A program made the position numbers and the translations under genes. This document shows, one piece after another, positions 32,701 through 39,492 of a DNA stretch of 64,000 bases. Position 1 is the stretch's first letter. Every line of letters begins with the position of its first letter. Source of the DNA: a virus; IMG/VR virus record IMGVR_UViG_3300035204_002571, positions 17,921 to 81,920 of that record. The stretch is one strand, 5' to 3'. The notes below the pieces were generated by a model. That model did no database searches and was not told where the DNA came from. It worked only from the letters and a program-made list of their open reading frames with translations.

Positions 32701-33746
32701 ATGTAGATATTTATTCAATTACAAGAAAAAGAGTTAAATCTTTTTCTCCCACGATAATAGATCTTCCATCTTCTGCTAGAGAAATTGTTGGGATACAGCT
32801 TATGGAAAATACGCAAGAGTTTTCAGAGTTCTTTTCGCAAGATGAAGTGGATCATGTTTTGTTTGATGATATTTATAGAAGCGAAATAACCGGCAGACTA
32901 ACAGGGGGCACTGGCGTTAAAAAGGATTTCTCAATAGGCAGCCGACTTAGTGCTGATGGAAGAAGGGTTTTTCTGGCAGAAGCTCTTCCGGGAGCGAATG
33001 TAGATGTTATAGTTTCATATGCATCTATTGATTCTTCTGGAGACAGGGTATCTGTTTATAAAAACAAGAATAGCCAAATTGTTTTTTCAATTACTGCAAA
33101 TGGCGCGGTTAATTCGTTAGTGAAAGATGTTGACTGGGGTAGGAATACTTGGCACAGGATTATGTGTACATATAAAACAAATTCTAGCGCTGATACTATG
33201 AGGTTGTTTGTCGATGGCGATGAAAGTGGGTTTGTAACATACGGTGAGAATGGGGTTGTATATGGATCCGGGTTTGTATATGGCCAAACCACGCAGGAAC
33301 TCGGAGCATCAAAGCAGGTTGGTTACAATATATCTTTAAAAGATGACTTCAGATTGGTTTGCATTGGATCTGATGTTTTTGAAAAACAATCAGCATTGTC
33401 TAGAATAGATAATATAAGATTTAGTAGAATAATGAGAAACGCGGCAAAAGGGCCGTCTGGAGAATATATAGATACAAATTACTCGTCTAATACAGATACT
33501 GTGCTTCCTGTGGTTAAAGATAATTCTACAACTATAATTTTAGATTTTGAAGAGGAGAGTTATGAAGATAAATATGCAACAGTTATTGATCCGGCAAGTG
33601 GGATATTCAACTTTGACATAGAAGTATTAGATAATTTTAGTAATATTAATAGTGATGAAGTTGAAGATTTGATTGTAGACTTGGTTAATAGATTAAAGCC
33701 GGCGCACACAAATGCATTAGTAAAATTTCCAAGAGAATCATGTTAA
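23799..33746 (+). CDS. Giant baseplate wedge protein (P2 gpI / T4 gp7-like) with LamG/concanavalin-like domains, 3315 aa
   Basis: YRSALEGTMQAFTKGPT and C-terminal LVNRLKPAHT are gpI-type motifs, and the gene follows J. LamG strands: GTISAWI/HHVAASW/MHLFIDG/IDEFRV and GTIEFWV/WHRIMCTY/MRLFVDG/IDNIRFS. Ig-like N-terminus. Confidence 0.7.
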   Translation: MLRPVSFSIPSSTELRVKFNDEPNELLSKDNFLVESVSGNIDDLEVTKVAIDGRAVIVTTRPQVVGNFYVLKLLDSDEVLFTSAKGTPLVNDDVSRELFFIGLKNHNPIRDRMVSKVPKLYNLENSNVNKIIEAQAEELFQAQKHIGELLSDNYISVDVVDEQRTRSSGATDRLINENAYLVKRVSEKLTNASLTFDTINYTEDSGIDGHFSIPNYPISLQEVYEEDEEISLSSENNSFKGFLISLTNKNVIKLTNLKLIKSTDEEDCNEETGTEYNISLYKYSINNNRYDPTYAFSNIDLESNQVLLSEFGNIDEPTVGDTIMVSYLYKDVGRKVNEASIEIYNLQEVESESVPTNITRFFLDNAPIVDSNNDVPERGGVTFRTGENLSDVPDEFQRELVFNASKLPSKLGEYAIDYSTGEVIVVGAEEIGDGTGANNNIASYLYRNVFSKNLDYYIKDDEFVASSNRSIVNEEVSIDFNYDKVYVEGVDYRAPCHTEVFNEYVENNFESSFVIKPKNTPITNVFRIFNQTTGEVYPLLYHTRDEVVFSGVRSPEFRTEISELADFNLVELEKLSPIGEFVCPAFSVTISANASNSNIQFYPGIPAELIDYNSQDYFIRSTGLDGSDDLEDLQIRFFGEPDSDNLIQSVAISSTATAPSLKEVVTIGTKGLVFSLDNSYIINNSRDAIGSHVNTSAEFSRYDLFLVEKYFNELSSNPGTERVGDDSLASSILSSKGDDFYENLSRLRRVGDYCIDYKHGQVYLAMSYDQDYELGSVNYRHGAITTFNRNIIGVTEATKKLISSDSLEDSTIIYDKVSNTSEEASILDLENTILLPDGETMALNSDGELDDICIILDDYTVVLPNKASDVNGIYTLSSLEGDNLSSSVREIREEDLGSDLINELVKNGGGNLYDSTFMTFEDNVIDLKKTYSTRVAESGDDYTIIINDSEFGEIYKIIHTSSGAEIFDEKLNVIKLDDLEVVYAEQDEDEVIIDIKSGPILDSLDVNGDFLLDSRGSRFRIVDFDPETSQVVVLTPAENNVEAELPELGGAQVIVKASVTSSDTGVVIVIPSDSYINDRDPIDVIYTTSNTPSAGTKVGVDLRSGRLYLNYLYSYDDVYVSYEYGDNEIDWSIGSSILEGQSYHVTYKYGALRDALKKNFGILTKIPFFQRFSINTDRELYRSALEGTMQAFTKGPTIPAFEALVESFTDISPEITESVFGNWILGRDFLSPEELKADGTLEFKTCKFGEGVMINNDTAIYMPAVSNINLDEGTISAWICPEWAGVDNDATLTIDIDNIGTKNYIYRIGSNPFDYDNHFNILASEHAVGGSDYSSPSITLHNFTSSWKDGVEGGEEEEFIGAFALTKEEPSIDRSVKTELDLSLKVSSFSAPEAINPPRRRPSEDLPFNRANLGILGLGKSLSDASRGLIVAGSEEDLYRFCSPAFVSIGDKEKLLFMMFSLRPLFNPESGRIYTFRVGYEHIEANEIPDYNRLHVTQNCVCSVDDTLEELSKFRDKDFQSIKVDLDFNIDFGYIKDVDVPFDNVPSSFRILDTRGAVYEVYAFLDEDDNVILDEIPNTVSGFIVNRIPENQQYITAQGAEAINDLLPTGEITVLYQTMSVLTNVDPDAKKYIGYEGKSYIVDWMSDFVNFNILRDPMNNNVEITVKSSVDSSKKNIKLFYTDLIDVEMEEAIYEGLNFDKWFNIVGDVTSVNNSSSLSNKIAVGTLDRTTKSVIDIGRLKYSVHNRFSEEDVYIGASARNPLRIPFDVNKYDFPDTSVGLPYNADSDEGLFICFDELCLSPLAEDAGQWVFRSRAGNSIYAPTSVYPTEDGHEFGYSYVPLSHVFSGTINTDGEFSSVVRAHRDEDGTGCPTGLVCSSEYRYCGDGLLEGTEKGSGWRRINETSSELINILIGGSQGESSAWMKFGHFNTSAIGGVYRAGPSEPHADNCNHDVTDPAGGNHLYTKLPCYGGDYSATVSFKVSEVDHKIVNSSAGRFQGATSGVMTGITPIHIYDDSISIKVSLAISNSGQPLILVIDGFSEEIIDISYFNWDDGFFNVLSLIKDMENETITITSEGQILSKLNINDFEEGDTEACGKDLRDKSPFFAIHLFDASLLNIVDFHNKYSGNIIDIGLIEYSARLEDGVNAFEDEDIFISTDSKIEFEFNVVAAEDGYLDGYLDGYFEGYGYSSDQEFDVDEVYFTSDKLRYVFDSGEGGSENRISIFKDGKGFMNFRIYDNSLSARGDVNMYNIATNIKDFKPGELHHVAASWRLNTIYEKDEMHLFIDGLEAPNIYKFGGPVLVRINDKFSDISKEVLQDFLVDGIDFCNTFSDGTTLAGSSTFSSNQAGFTSDMVGRSVIFLESSIAPTYVGKEYIINSVDGNSVTFVRGSDLDIVSFDTSASDIIFMLPPTAGIKMPIATDLRNSEFAIFKTNCEGEEEELGGVLYTVEDGSINVLNGENVINPQYRANIDTKIVEFIGKDDECNFTGTIDFSDLDIHIKTFGLIYANCNDIINLSSSSYYVLDKKEYDVNSGKSVILSHAAEPVSLEDVTIKRIVLPRVIPSFEDISEEWDYPFAKIEFEMPLESNDGSTLLSCQPGQVYKKNAGRYLTLNFDSDNVVFCGELDGYVDGYEEADAYPNIIKIVGETVDGTNYEEFTVTGNGDIHGKKLFKSVQEVKGRLYLADSDYEPCVISISETNSITVSNNDGEYAEVFKYTNGSLVLTSVGSNGVYPFELHPGSYHLSYPAFLKIAIPNVGDKAYIGCDMNSQNQFGGTIDEFRVITEMSSDTRPTESDTNGTRSITEDYLNPNPHCADDQTLVLAHFDDPIDLQARKLRQKEFLNTESNFKFKLDLEDRETLLSYINNKDLFVSKMIRMGYERDAAIETYIECHHAMGGPLFNEAKFVRSDEMLVSSSSVNDEFGLSAKFFNTPPLVMNNRLSYFRRNEGTIEFWVSPLMDTVGDEEDRYYVDIYSITRKRVKSFSPTIIDLPSSAREIVGIQLMENTQEFSEFFSQDEVDHVLFDDIYRSEITGRLTGGTGVKKDFSIGSRLSADGRRVFLAEALPGANVDVIVSYASIDSSGDRVSVYKNKNSQIVFSITANGAVNSLVKDVDWGRNTWHRIMCTYKTNSSADTMRLFVDGDESGFVTYGENGVVYGSGFVYGQTTQELGASKQVGYNISLKDDFRLVCIGSDVFEKQSALSRIDNIRFSRIMRNAAKGPSGEYIDTNYSSNTDTVLPVVKDNSTTIILDFEEESYEDKYATVIDPASGIFNFDIEVLDNFSNINSDEVEDLIVDLVNRLKPAHTNALVKFPRESC
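30314..30349 (+). repeat. 12-bp tandem repeat x3 encoding DGYLDGYLDGYF
   Basis: AGATGGATATTT repeated three times. Confidence 0.9.
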
Positions 33747-33803
33747 TAGCCTCTATTAATAATCTTGGATGTATCGATAAGTGTTAAAGCTAGGAGATGT
33801 TTG

Positions 33804-36800
33804 ATGGCAAAGGCTAATAGAGAAAAGCTTTCGAGAGTAAACTTTTTTGACGGCCAAAGAGTAACGGAGGCAGATTTAGATGATGAGCAAATTCATCATC
33901 GTGGTCTAGTCTCTAGTTTAACTAAGGACTTTCATGGAAGCGGTATTGTAAGAGACCGTCTTTTTGAAAGCTATGTTTTATTGGATACTGGCGATCCTGG
34001 AGCCTATTTAGGCGATAATGAAGAAAATGAATCAGAATTTGTAATCAACTCAGGGACTTATGATGGTAGGGCGATTTTTTTGGATCGTCAGCCGAGCGAT
34101 ACTGTATATGGAAACAGACTTGAGATTGAGGCTTCAGGGCTTGATGTCGGAGGAAGGCTCACCACAAAGGTTCTGATTATTGGGGCTGCTTTTAGCAGCC
34201 TGAGTGATACTGGGGAACTTGTATCTGAAGTTATAGAATTTAATGAAAATGTTACAAAGGTTACAGAAAATTATTATACACGAGTTGTAGCTGTATTTTT
34301 TAATAACTTTTCCGGAGGAACGGGCAGGACCGAGAATAGTTTAAGCGAACAAAGCTTGAATCTATTGACAGATGATGGAAAAATTGTAATAAGAGAAGCT
34401 GAACCATTTAAGGTTTTCGCAAGAACTCAGACCTCTTTTCAGACCAGCTCTCCCAGTATAGAGCTTGCCAACTTTATAACATCTAGCGAAGAATTATCTA
34501 TAGAGGACGAGATAAAAGAAGGCCTTGGCTCTGTATATAACTTTAATGATCTATATTTTGAATTAGAGGCCCAAGAGGAAGTAACTTTCAGTGTCGATGG
34601 GGACCAGACCACTTCTTATGGACAAAAGTTTTTAGCAAAAGCAGACAATATTCAAAAAATTGATCTTTTATTTTCAGTCGAAAGAGATGAAGATGCACAT
34701 TCTGGAGAGGAATATTTCTTCTCCGGAGATATCGTTATATCGATACATAAGTTATCAACAGATATACAATGTGTAACAGATCCTCATCCAGATAATTTAA
34801 TAGACTTTGATCCAGAGCCCTCTCCTATTATGGAGATGTCATACTCCCAAGAGGACCTTGAAGCTCTAGGATATAAGCTGGATGACACGCCTAAGGTTGT
34901 TAGCTTTGATTTCTCTGGAACGTTAATTGCAGATCCGGGGATAGAGCCTTCGCTTGAGGTTGGCGAATATTACGCAGTTCTAATTAGTCGCCGTGGTGAC
35001 AATAGAACTGGAACCATTGTTATGCAAAAGGGATACGATAAAGCCTCAAGAAAAATTGGCAATGGCCAAACGCTAAATGTAATTGAAAGCTTTGGCAAGC
35101 AAACAACAAGGTTTATAGAATTTGATCCAAATAATTTGGTATACGTTGATGACATGGATTCATCGTTATGGTTTGTTGTTCATTCTGATACAGTTGAAGT
35201 TACAGACGGAATAGCGTACACCGATGACGGCTTCTTGGTCGTATTGCCAAAAACAGAAGAATATGTTGGCAGCACAGAGATCTCTTCCTTTATGAGGGAT
35301 GTGGCGCTTGCCGATGTATCTGAGGGAACAGACAATTTAGTTGTTCTTCAGCGGCAAGATAACTTTGAAACGCCAGGAATACACCCTAGAACTGGAAACT
35401 TTGTAAACACAAGAGTGCAAGACTCACCATCTATTTCGGTTATGTCAACCGATGAGTGGGAGAGTGTAGATGCAGATTATCCCCCTATTTTACTTGCAAG
35501 GGTTCAGGATAATAATGTAAGAGAAGCTCAAGATATAACGGGAACATTTGATCTGCCTGGATTGGTAGCAAGCAGTGAGATCATATTTGTAGACCCTGAT
35601 TCGGATATGATTAATGAAAACCTGATAAACAGGGTAATAACTCCGGATTTGGATTGCGAGTGTAATGCCAGATATAGAATCGTAGGAGTAACATGTGAAA
35701 AAGCATATGCTGGAGATCTAAATGGCGATGAGGAAATAACAACTAGTGATATAGTTGATTTGTTAAATGTTGTCGGGAATACTATAAATACAGAAACGAC
35801 AGAAAGAAGAATTCTCGGCGGTGAGCTAGACCTTGTAGACTTTATAAAGTCAGACCTAAACGAAGACGGGACAGTCGACGGTTTTGACATAGAGCTAATA
35901 GAAGACGCCGTAGATGGATATACCAATTTTACTGTCGAAGAGTCCTTTAATGTATTAACCTTAAAGTTAGAAAATATATTGGAAGAAGATGATTACCCAG
36001 TCTTGTTTGAGGATACGTCATCATCTGGAACTACAGAGAGCCAGGAAGACATTGTTAATTTTGTAACTGATGAGGAAAATCAGGCATTAGCAATCAGAAT
36101 AGGGGATCAGGTCGTTATACCATCAGATTCGTCTGATGCCGGTGTGTACCTGGTTTATTCCAAAACTGTAGACGAAACAGGTGTAGGAGTCACCCTTTCT
36201 GTTACAGATACAGATGGAGAAGAGGTAAGTTTTTCAGGGTCCAGCGCAGGGTTTGATGTTATAATTACAAGCGGAACAAGGGTCAATCTTTTTGCAGATA
36301 ACTTAAAGCTTTTGAACGTCCCGTTTGAAGAGAAGAATTGGGCAATATCGTATATTGGAGCACCACATCAGAGTGAGTTTGTTGATGTATGCGACTTAAG
36401 AAGATATGTAGAAACAAACTTTATAGAAGAGTTTGAAGAAGTATGCGTTTGCGATGAAGACCCGTGTATAGAGACTGGCGATTGTACTCCTCAGTATAAA
36501 AATCAAAAAGTCTTAGCAGATGATTTGTTTATTCCAAGCGGAGAAATTTACAAAGAGCCTGGAGTTCCTTATCATGGCGATATAGAGTATTCTACAATAA
36601 CTATTCCCCTGCCTCCTGGCACTATTGATGACTGCGAAATTGATTTATATACAAACTTTATAAAAGCAGGTTCGGGAAAGTGCAAAACAGAGTCTGGCTA
36701 TCCTGCTATGAAGTATTCGGACGGCACGTATGTCGGATGTGAAGATTCAGGGGCAGAAACAGATATAACAAAAGGAAAGGTAAAGATAACTCAGTGTATT

Positions 36801-38366
36801 GCAAGTCTTTATGTAGATGCTTTTGTAGATGGGTATGCTGTAGATGGGTATGCTGATGAAGAAGACGTATCAACATCCGCAGAAGTTATTGCCGAAAACT
36901 TTACAGATCATACTTATCCAAATACGTCTGGATTTTCCGAATGGGCTCCATCTCCCCCTCTTAGCTACCTGGTGGCCTCTGCCGCCTCGGGATCGAATGA
37001 GCCAGTATTTTTTGATTTAGAAACGATTAATGCCGGAGAGAGATACGCAAGAATAAGCCAGCCTTCTGCTTCGGATAACATCTCTGGAGATTTTGTTATA
37101 GACATAAGAATGTCAAGAACGATTTGGGATGAGAATGAATTAAAGTTTGGAAAAGTTGGATTTTTTACATCATTGGTTATAACGAATGATGATGGGACGG
37201 AGTCGACTCTCAAGCTTGGGTGGAGACAAACTGCGTATCAAAATGTAGAATTATTTTATAGCGGAGAGATCGTTGACACAACGGCTGGAACCGTTGTAAG
37301 TGATTTTGATTTCTCCGTAGAAGCGGGAGATGACTTAGGAGACGAAATAAGGTTTAGGCTAAGAAGGGTCAATGAGGCTGTTTTTGCCATGTATTTTGAC
37401 GATACTCTTTTGGATTTTTCCGAAAACTTTACTGGCCAACTTGTAAGAATAGGTACAGCACCAGATGTGCAGCCTGGAGCCGGAGATGCTAGAGCGCATG
37501 TTGAAATGGCGCAATATGATAACCCAAATGTTGGAGTTATATACGCAACAACTCTTCATGATATGGTGATTAGATATGATTACTCTTCGGTATCTTCAGC
37601 AGAAGAGGAATCGGTTGTGCTGAGCAGGGATTCAGACGGCTTAATTGACAGAACTACGGTGACATTCCCAATGCTATTAACGCAAAGGACAAATATTGTA
37701 TCAGCAACATTAAGCATGACTGTTGCCGATGAGGTCGATGCGGCTTCCGCAGTAGAAAGCTTTAATATTATACCTTATGATATATTAAATGCAGATAATC
37801 TTGGAACCTTGATTGATTATCCGTTAGAAGAAAATGACTCATTCATAGTTACGTTTGAGCCTGGAGAGGCTGTGACCGGTTCAACAATAGACGTTGACGT
37901 AACCTCTCTCGCAATATATTATCTATCACAATCAGGGCATCTGCCAGGATTTTATAAGGCATTAATTATAGAGCCAAGCGCTACAGCTGAGGCTAGTTTA
38001 ACAATTTTGCCCAGCATAACCTTGACAGTAGAATATGAAGATATAACCACAGGGGTTGTATTCAAGGTTGGTACAAACTTGGATCCTAGCACTGGGATAG
38101 TATCCTTGCAAACAAAGAATATTTTGTATGATTCATTAAATGAGGCAAATAGAACGGTTTTGAAATTTGGAGTTCATCTTAAAAAATCAGGATTTATGAA
38201 TGATGACGTAATTATAGGCATTAAAGATCTTGCAAGAATAGGCATAGGTACATGTATTGATGAAACAGATTTCGAAGAAGACGAGCTTTGTTTCTTTATC
38301 GCAGGCAGCACTGCAACCGGAACCTTTGTCGAAGGTCCGTTCCCCTGCTATTTCCATCTACCATAA
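33804..38366 (+). CDS. Baseplate/tail-fibre attachment-like protein (~1520 aa) with dockerin-like duplicated Ca-binding loop
   Basis: Start reassigned to ATG 33804 (AGGAG at 33792). N-terminal RVNFFDGQRVTEADLDDEQ resembles fibre-attachment motifs of myophages/contractile injection systems. Internal GDLNGDEEITTSD...SDLNEDGTVDGFD. Confidence 0.55.
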   Translation: MAKANREKLSRVNFFDGQRVTEADLDDEQIHHRGLVSSLTKDFHGSGIVRDRLFESYVLLDTGDPGAYLGDNEENESEFVINSGTYDGRAIFLDRQPSDTVYGNRLEIEASGLDVGGRLTTKVLIIGAAFSSLSDTGELVSEVIEFNENVTKVTENYYTRVVAVFFNNFSGGTGRTENSLSEQSLNLLTDDGKIVIREAEPFKVFARTQTSFQTSSPSIELANFITSSEELSIEDEIKEGLGSVYNFNDLYFELEAQEEVTFSVDGDQTTSYGQKFLAKADNIQKIDLLFSVERDEDAHSGEEYFFSGDIVISIHKLSTDIQCVTDPHPDNLIDFDPEPSPIMEMSYSQEDLEALGYKLDDTPKVVSFDFSGTLIADPGIEPSLEVGEYYAVLISRRGDNRTGTIVMQKGYDKASRKIGNGQTLNVIESFGKQTTRFIEFDPNNLVYVDDMDSSLWFVVHSDTVEVTDGIAYTDDGFLVVLPKTEEYVGSTEISSFMRDVALADVSEGTDNLVVLQRQDNFETPGIHPRTGNFVNTRVQDSPSISVMSTDEWESVDADYPPILLARVQDNNVREAQDITGTFDLPGLVASSEIIFVDPDSDMINENLINRVITPDLDCECNARYRIVGVTCEKAYAGDLNGDEEITTSDIVDLLNVVGNTINTETTERRILGGELDLVDFIKSDLNEDGTVDGFDIELIEDAVDGYTNFTVEESFNVLTLKLENILEEDDYPVLFEDTSSSGTTESQEDIVNFVTDEENQALAIRIGDQVVIPSDSSDAGVYLVYSKTVDETGVGVTLSVTDTDGEEVSFSGSSAGFDVIITSGTRVNLFADNLKLLNVPFEEKNWAISYIGAPHQSEFVDVCDLRRYVETNFIEEFEEVCVCDEDPCIETGDCTPQYKNQKVLADDLFIPSGEIYKEPGVPYHGDIEYSTITIPLPPGTIDDCEIDLYTNFIKAGSGKCKTESGYPAMKYSDGTYVGCEDSGAETDITKGKVKITQCIASLYVDAFVDGYAVDGYADEEDVSTSAEVIAENFTDHTYPNTSGFSEWAPSPPLSYLVASAASGSNEPVFFDLETINAGERYARISQPSASDNISGDFVIDIRMSRTIWDENELKFGKVGFFTSLVITNDDGTESTLKLGWRQTAYQNVELFYSGEIVDTTAGTVVSDFDFSVEAGDDLGDEIRFRLRRVNEAVFAMYFDDTLLDFSENFTGQLVRIGTAPDVQPGAGDARAHVEMAQYDNPNVGVIYATTLHDMVIRYDYSSVSSAEEESVVLSRDSDGLIDRTTVTFPMLLTQRTNIVSATLSMTVADEVDAASAVESFNIIPYDILNADNLGTLIDYPLEENDSFIVTFEPGEAVTGSTIDVDVTSLAIYYLSQSGHLPGFYKALIIEPSATAEASLTILPSITLTVEYEDITTGVVFKVGTNLDPSTGIVSLQTKNILYDSLNEANRTVLKFGVHLKKSGFMNDDVIIGIKDLARIGIGTCIDETDFEEDELCFFIAGSTATGTFVEGPFPCYFHLP
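36824..36853 (+). repeat. 15-bp tandem repeat x2 encoding VDGYAVDGYA
   Basis: TGTAGATGGGTATGC x2. The same 14-mer TGTAGATGGGTATG also occurs at 31682-31695. Confidence 0.85.
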
Positions 38367-38389
38367 TTTCTAAAAAAATAGGCATGTTT

Positions 38390-38406
38390 TGGTATAATTA
38401 TATACC
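38390..38406 (+). promoter_or_regulatory. Extended -10 promoter (TGnTATAAT), probably leaderless, heading the glycan cluster
   Basis: TGGTATAAT at 38390-38398, 8 nt before ATG 38407, with no Shine-Dalgarno. Embedded in the GGTATA-ATTA-TATACC inverted repeat. Confidence 0.55.
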
Positions 38407-39492
38407 ATGAGTGCATTAAAAATTAGATCGCAGGCGATGCTTGGCACAACTCATAGTTGGGCCGTTACCATAAGAAGTCTTCTTAGAGAGTTCCGAGCAA
38501 TGGGGCATGGCCTATATTTGAATAGTATAAATGGTTATGATTTATATCCAAAGCAGTGGAATAAATTTAAGAGGGAATGTGGAGATGCAGATATAGACTT
38601 AACCTACACATTGCCAAGAAACTTTCCGCATAGATTTAACAGAAATTCCAAATTAAAATTAGCAATATATAATTATGAAACTAGTATTTTGCCTCAAGTT
38701 TGGTCTGATAAAATAAAGCATATAGATTATGCCTTGCCATCAAGCAGATTTTCAAAAGAAGTTTTTGTTAACTCGGGCTGGCCAGAGGAAAAGTGCATCG
38801 TAATTCCTCATGGCGTTAACTTAAAAGACTTTCAGGATAAATCCAAAGTAAATAATCTTAAGACAAGAAAGAAATTTAAATTTTTAAACGTTTCTATTCC
38901 TCATTATAGAAAAAATATAGATGTTTTGGTCGATGCATATTATAGCGCATTTACAGACAGTGATGATGTTTGTCTTTTGTTAAAAGTTAAGCTTGAAAAG
39001 CCAAAATATAAGTTTGAATGCGATGTAATTAAGCAGATTCTAAAGGCTCAAAAAAAGCACAAGGGGAAAAGGCTGCCGCAAGTAGAGGTTGTGCAGCATA
39101 AGTATGATAGTATGGTTCCCTTATATAATACGTGTCATAGTCTAGTTAGCGCATCTTCCGCAGAAGGCTTCGGATTACCCTTGCTGGAGGCTTTGGCAGC
39201 AGGGATGGTGGTTATAGCGCCGAACTGCACAGGTCAGCTTGATTTTTTAAATAGAAGAAATTCCTTATTAGTTGATGTTAAGGAGATAAAGGCAACAGCT
39301 AAGTATCAGTACTGGAGGCCCTCTCCTGGTGCGAAAACTTTTCTTCCAGAGGTTGAATCGTTAGCAGAAAATATGAAAAATACTTATGAAAATCATAAAA
39401 AATTAAAGAAAAAATTTAAAACAGAAGCTAAAAAAACAGTAGAAAAATTTACTTGGGAAAATGCTGCAAAACAAATATTGGATATTTCATGA
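38407..39492 (+). CDS. Glycosyltransferase, GT-B (GT4-like)
   Basis: VIPHGV, HYRKN and the EX7E motif SSAEGFGLPLLEALAAG; ends FTWENAA. Confidence 0.9.
   Translation: MSALKIRSQAMLGTTHSWAVTIRSLLREFRAMGHGLYLNSINGYDLYPKQWNKFKRECGDADIDLTYTLPRNFPHRFNRNSKLKLAIYNYETSILPQVWSDKIKHIDYALPSSRFSKEVFVNSGWPEEKCIVIPHGVNLKDFQDKSKVNNLKTRKKFKFLNVSIPHYRKNIDVLVDAYYSAFTDSDDVCLLLKVKLEKPKYKFECDVIKQILKAQKKHKGKRLPQVEVVQHKYDSMVPLYNTCHSLVSASSAEGFGLPLLEALAAGMVVIAPNCTGQLDFLNRRNSLLVDVKEIKATAKYQYWRPSPGAKTFLPEVESLAENMKNTYENHKKLKKKFKTEAKKTVEKFTWENAAKQILDIS

Noticed and set aside
30314-36853. Short tandem repeats as a CRISPR array or DGR repeat
   Set aside because: They are 12-15 bp in-frame coding repeats without spacers. 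No cas or reverse transcriptase gene and no long TR/VR pair seen.
1-38366. eCIS/tailocin/T6SS instead of phage
   Set aside because: No AAA ATPase, DUF4255 or Tss membrane-complex genes seen, and the sizes and tape-measure-like gene fit a jumbo phage better. Head genes are outside the window, so this is not proven.
9972-38366. Inteins or introns explaining the giant ORFs
   Set aside because: No Hint-domain (C...HN-C/S/T) or LAGLIDADG/HNH motifs recognised, and the frames are uninterrupted.
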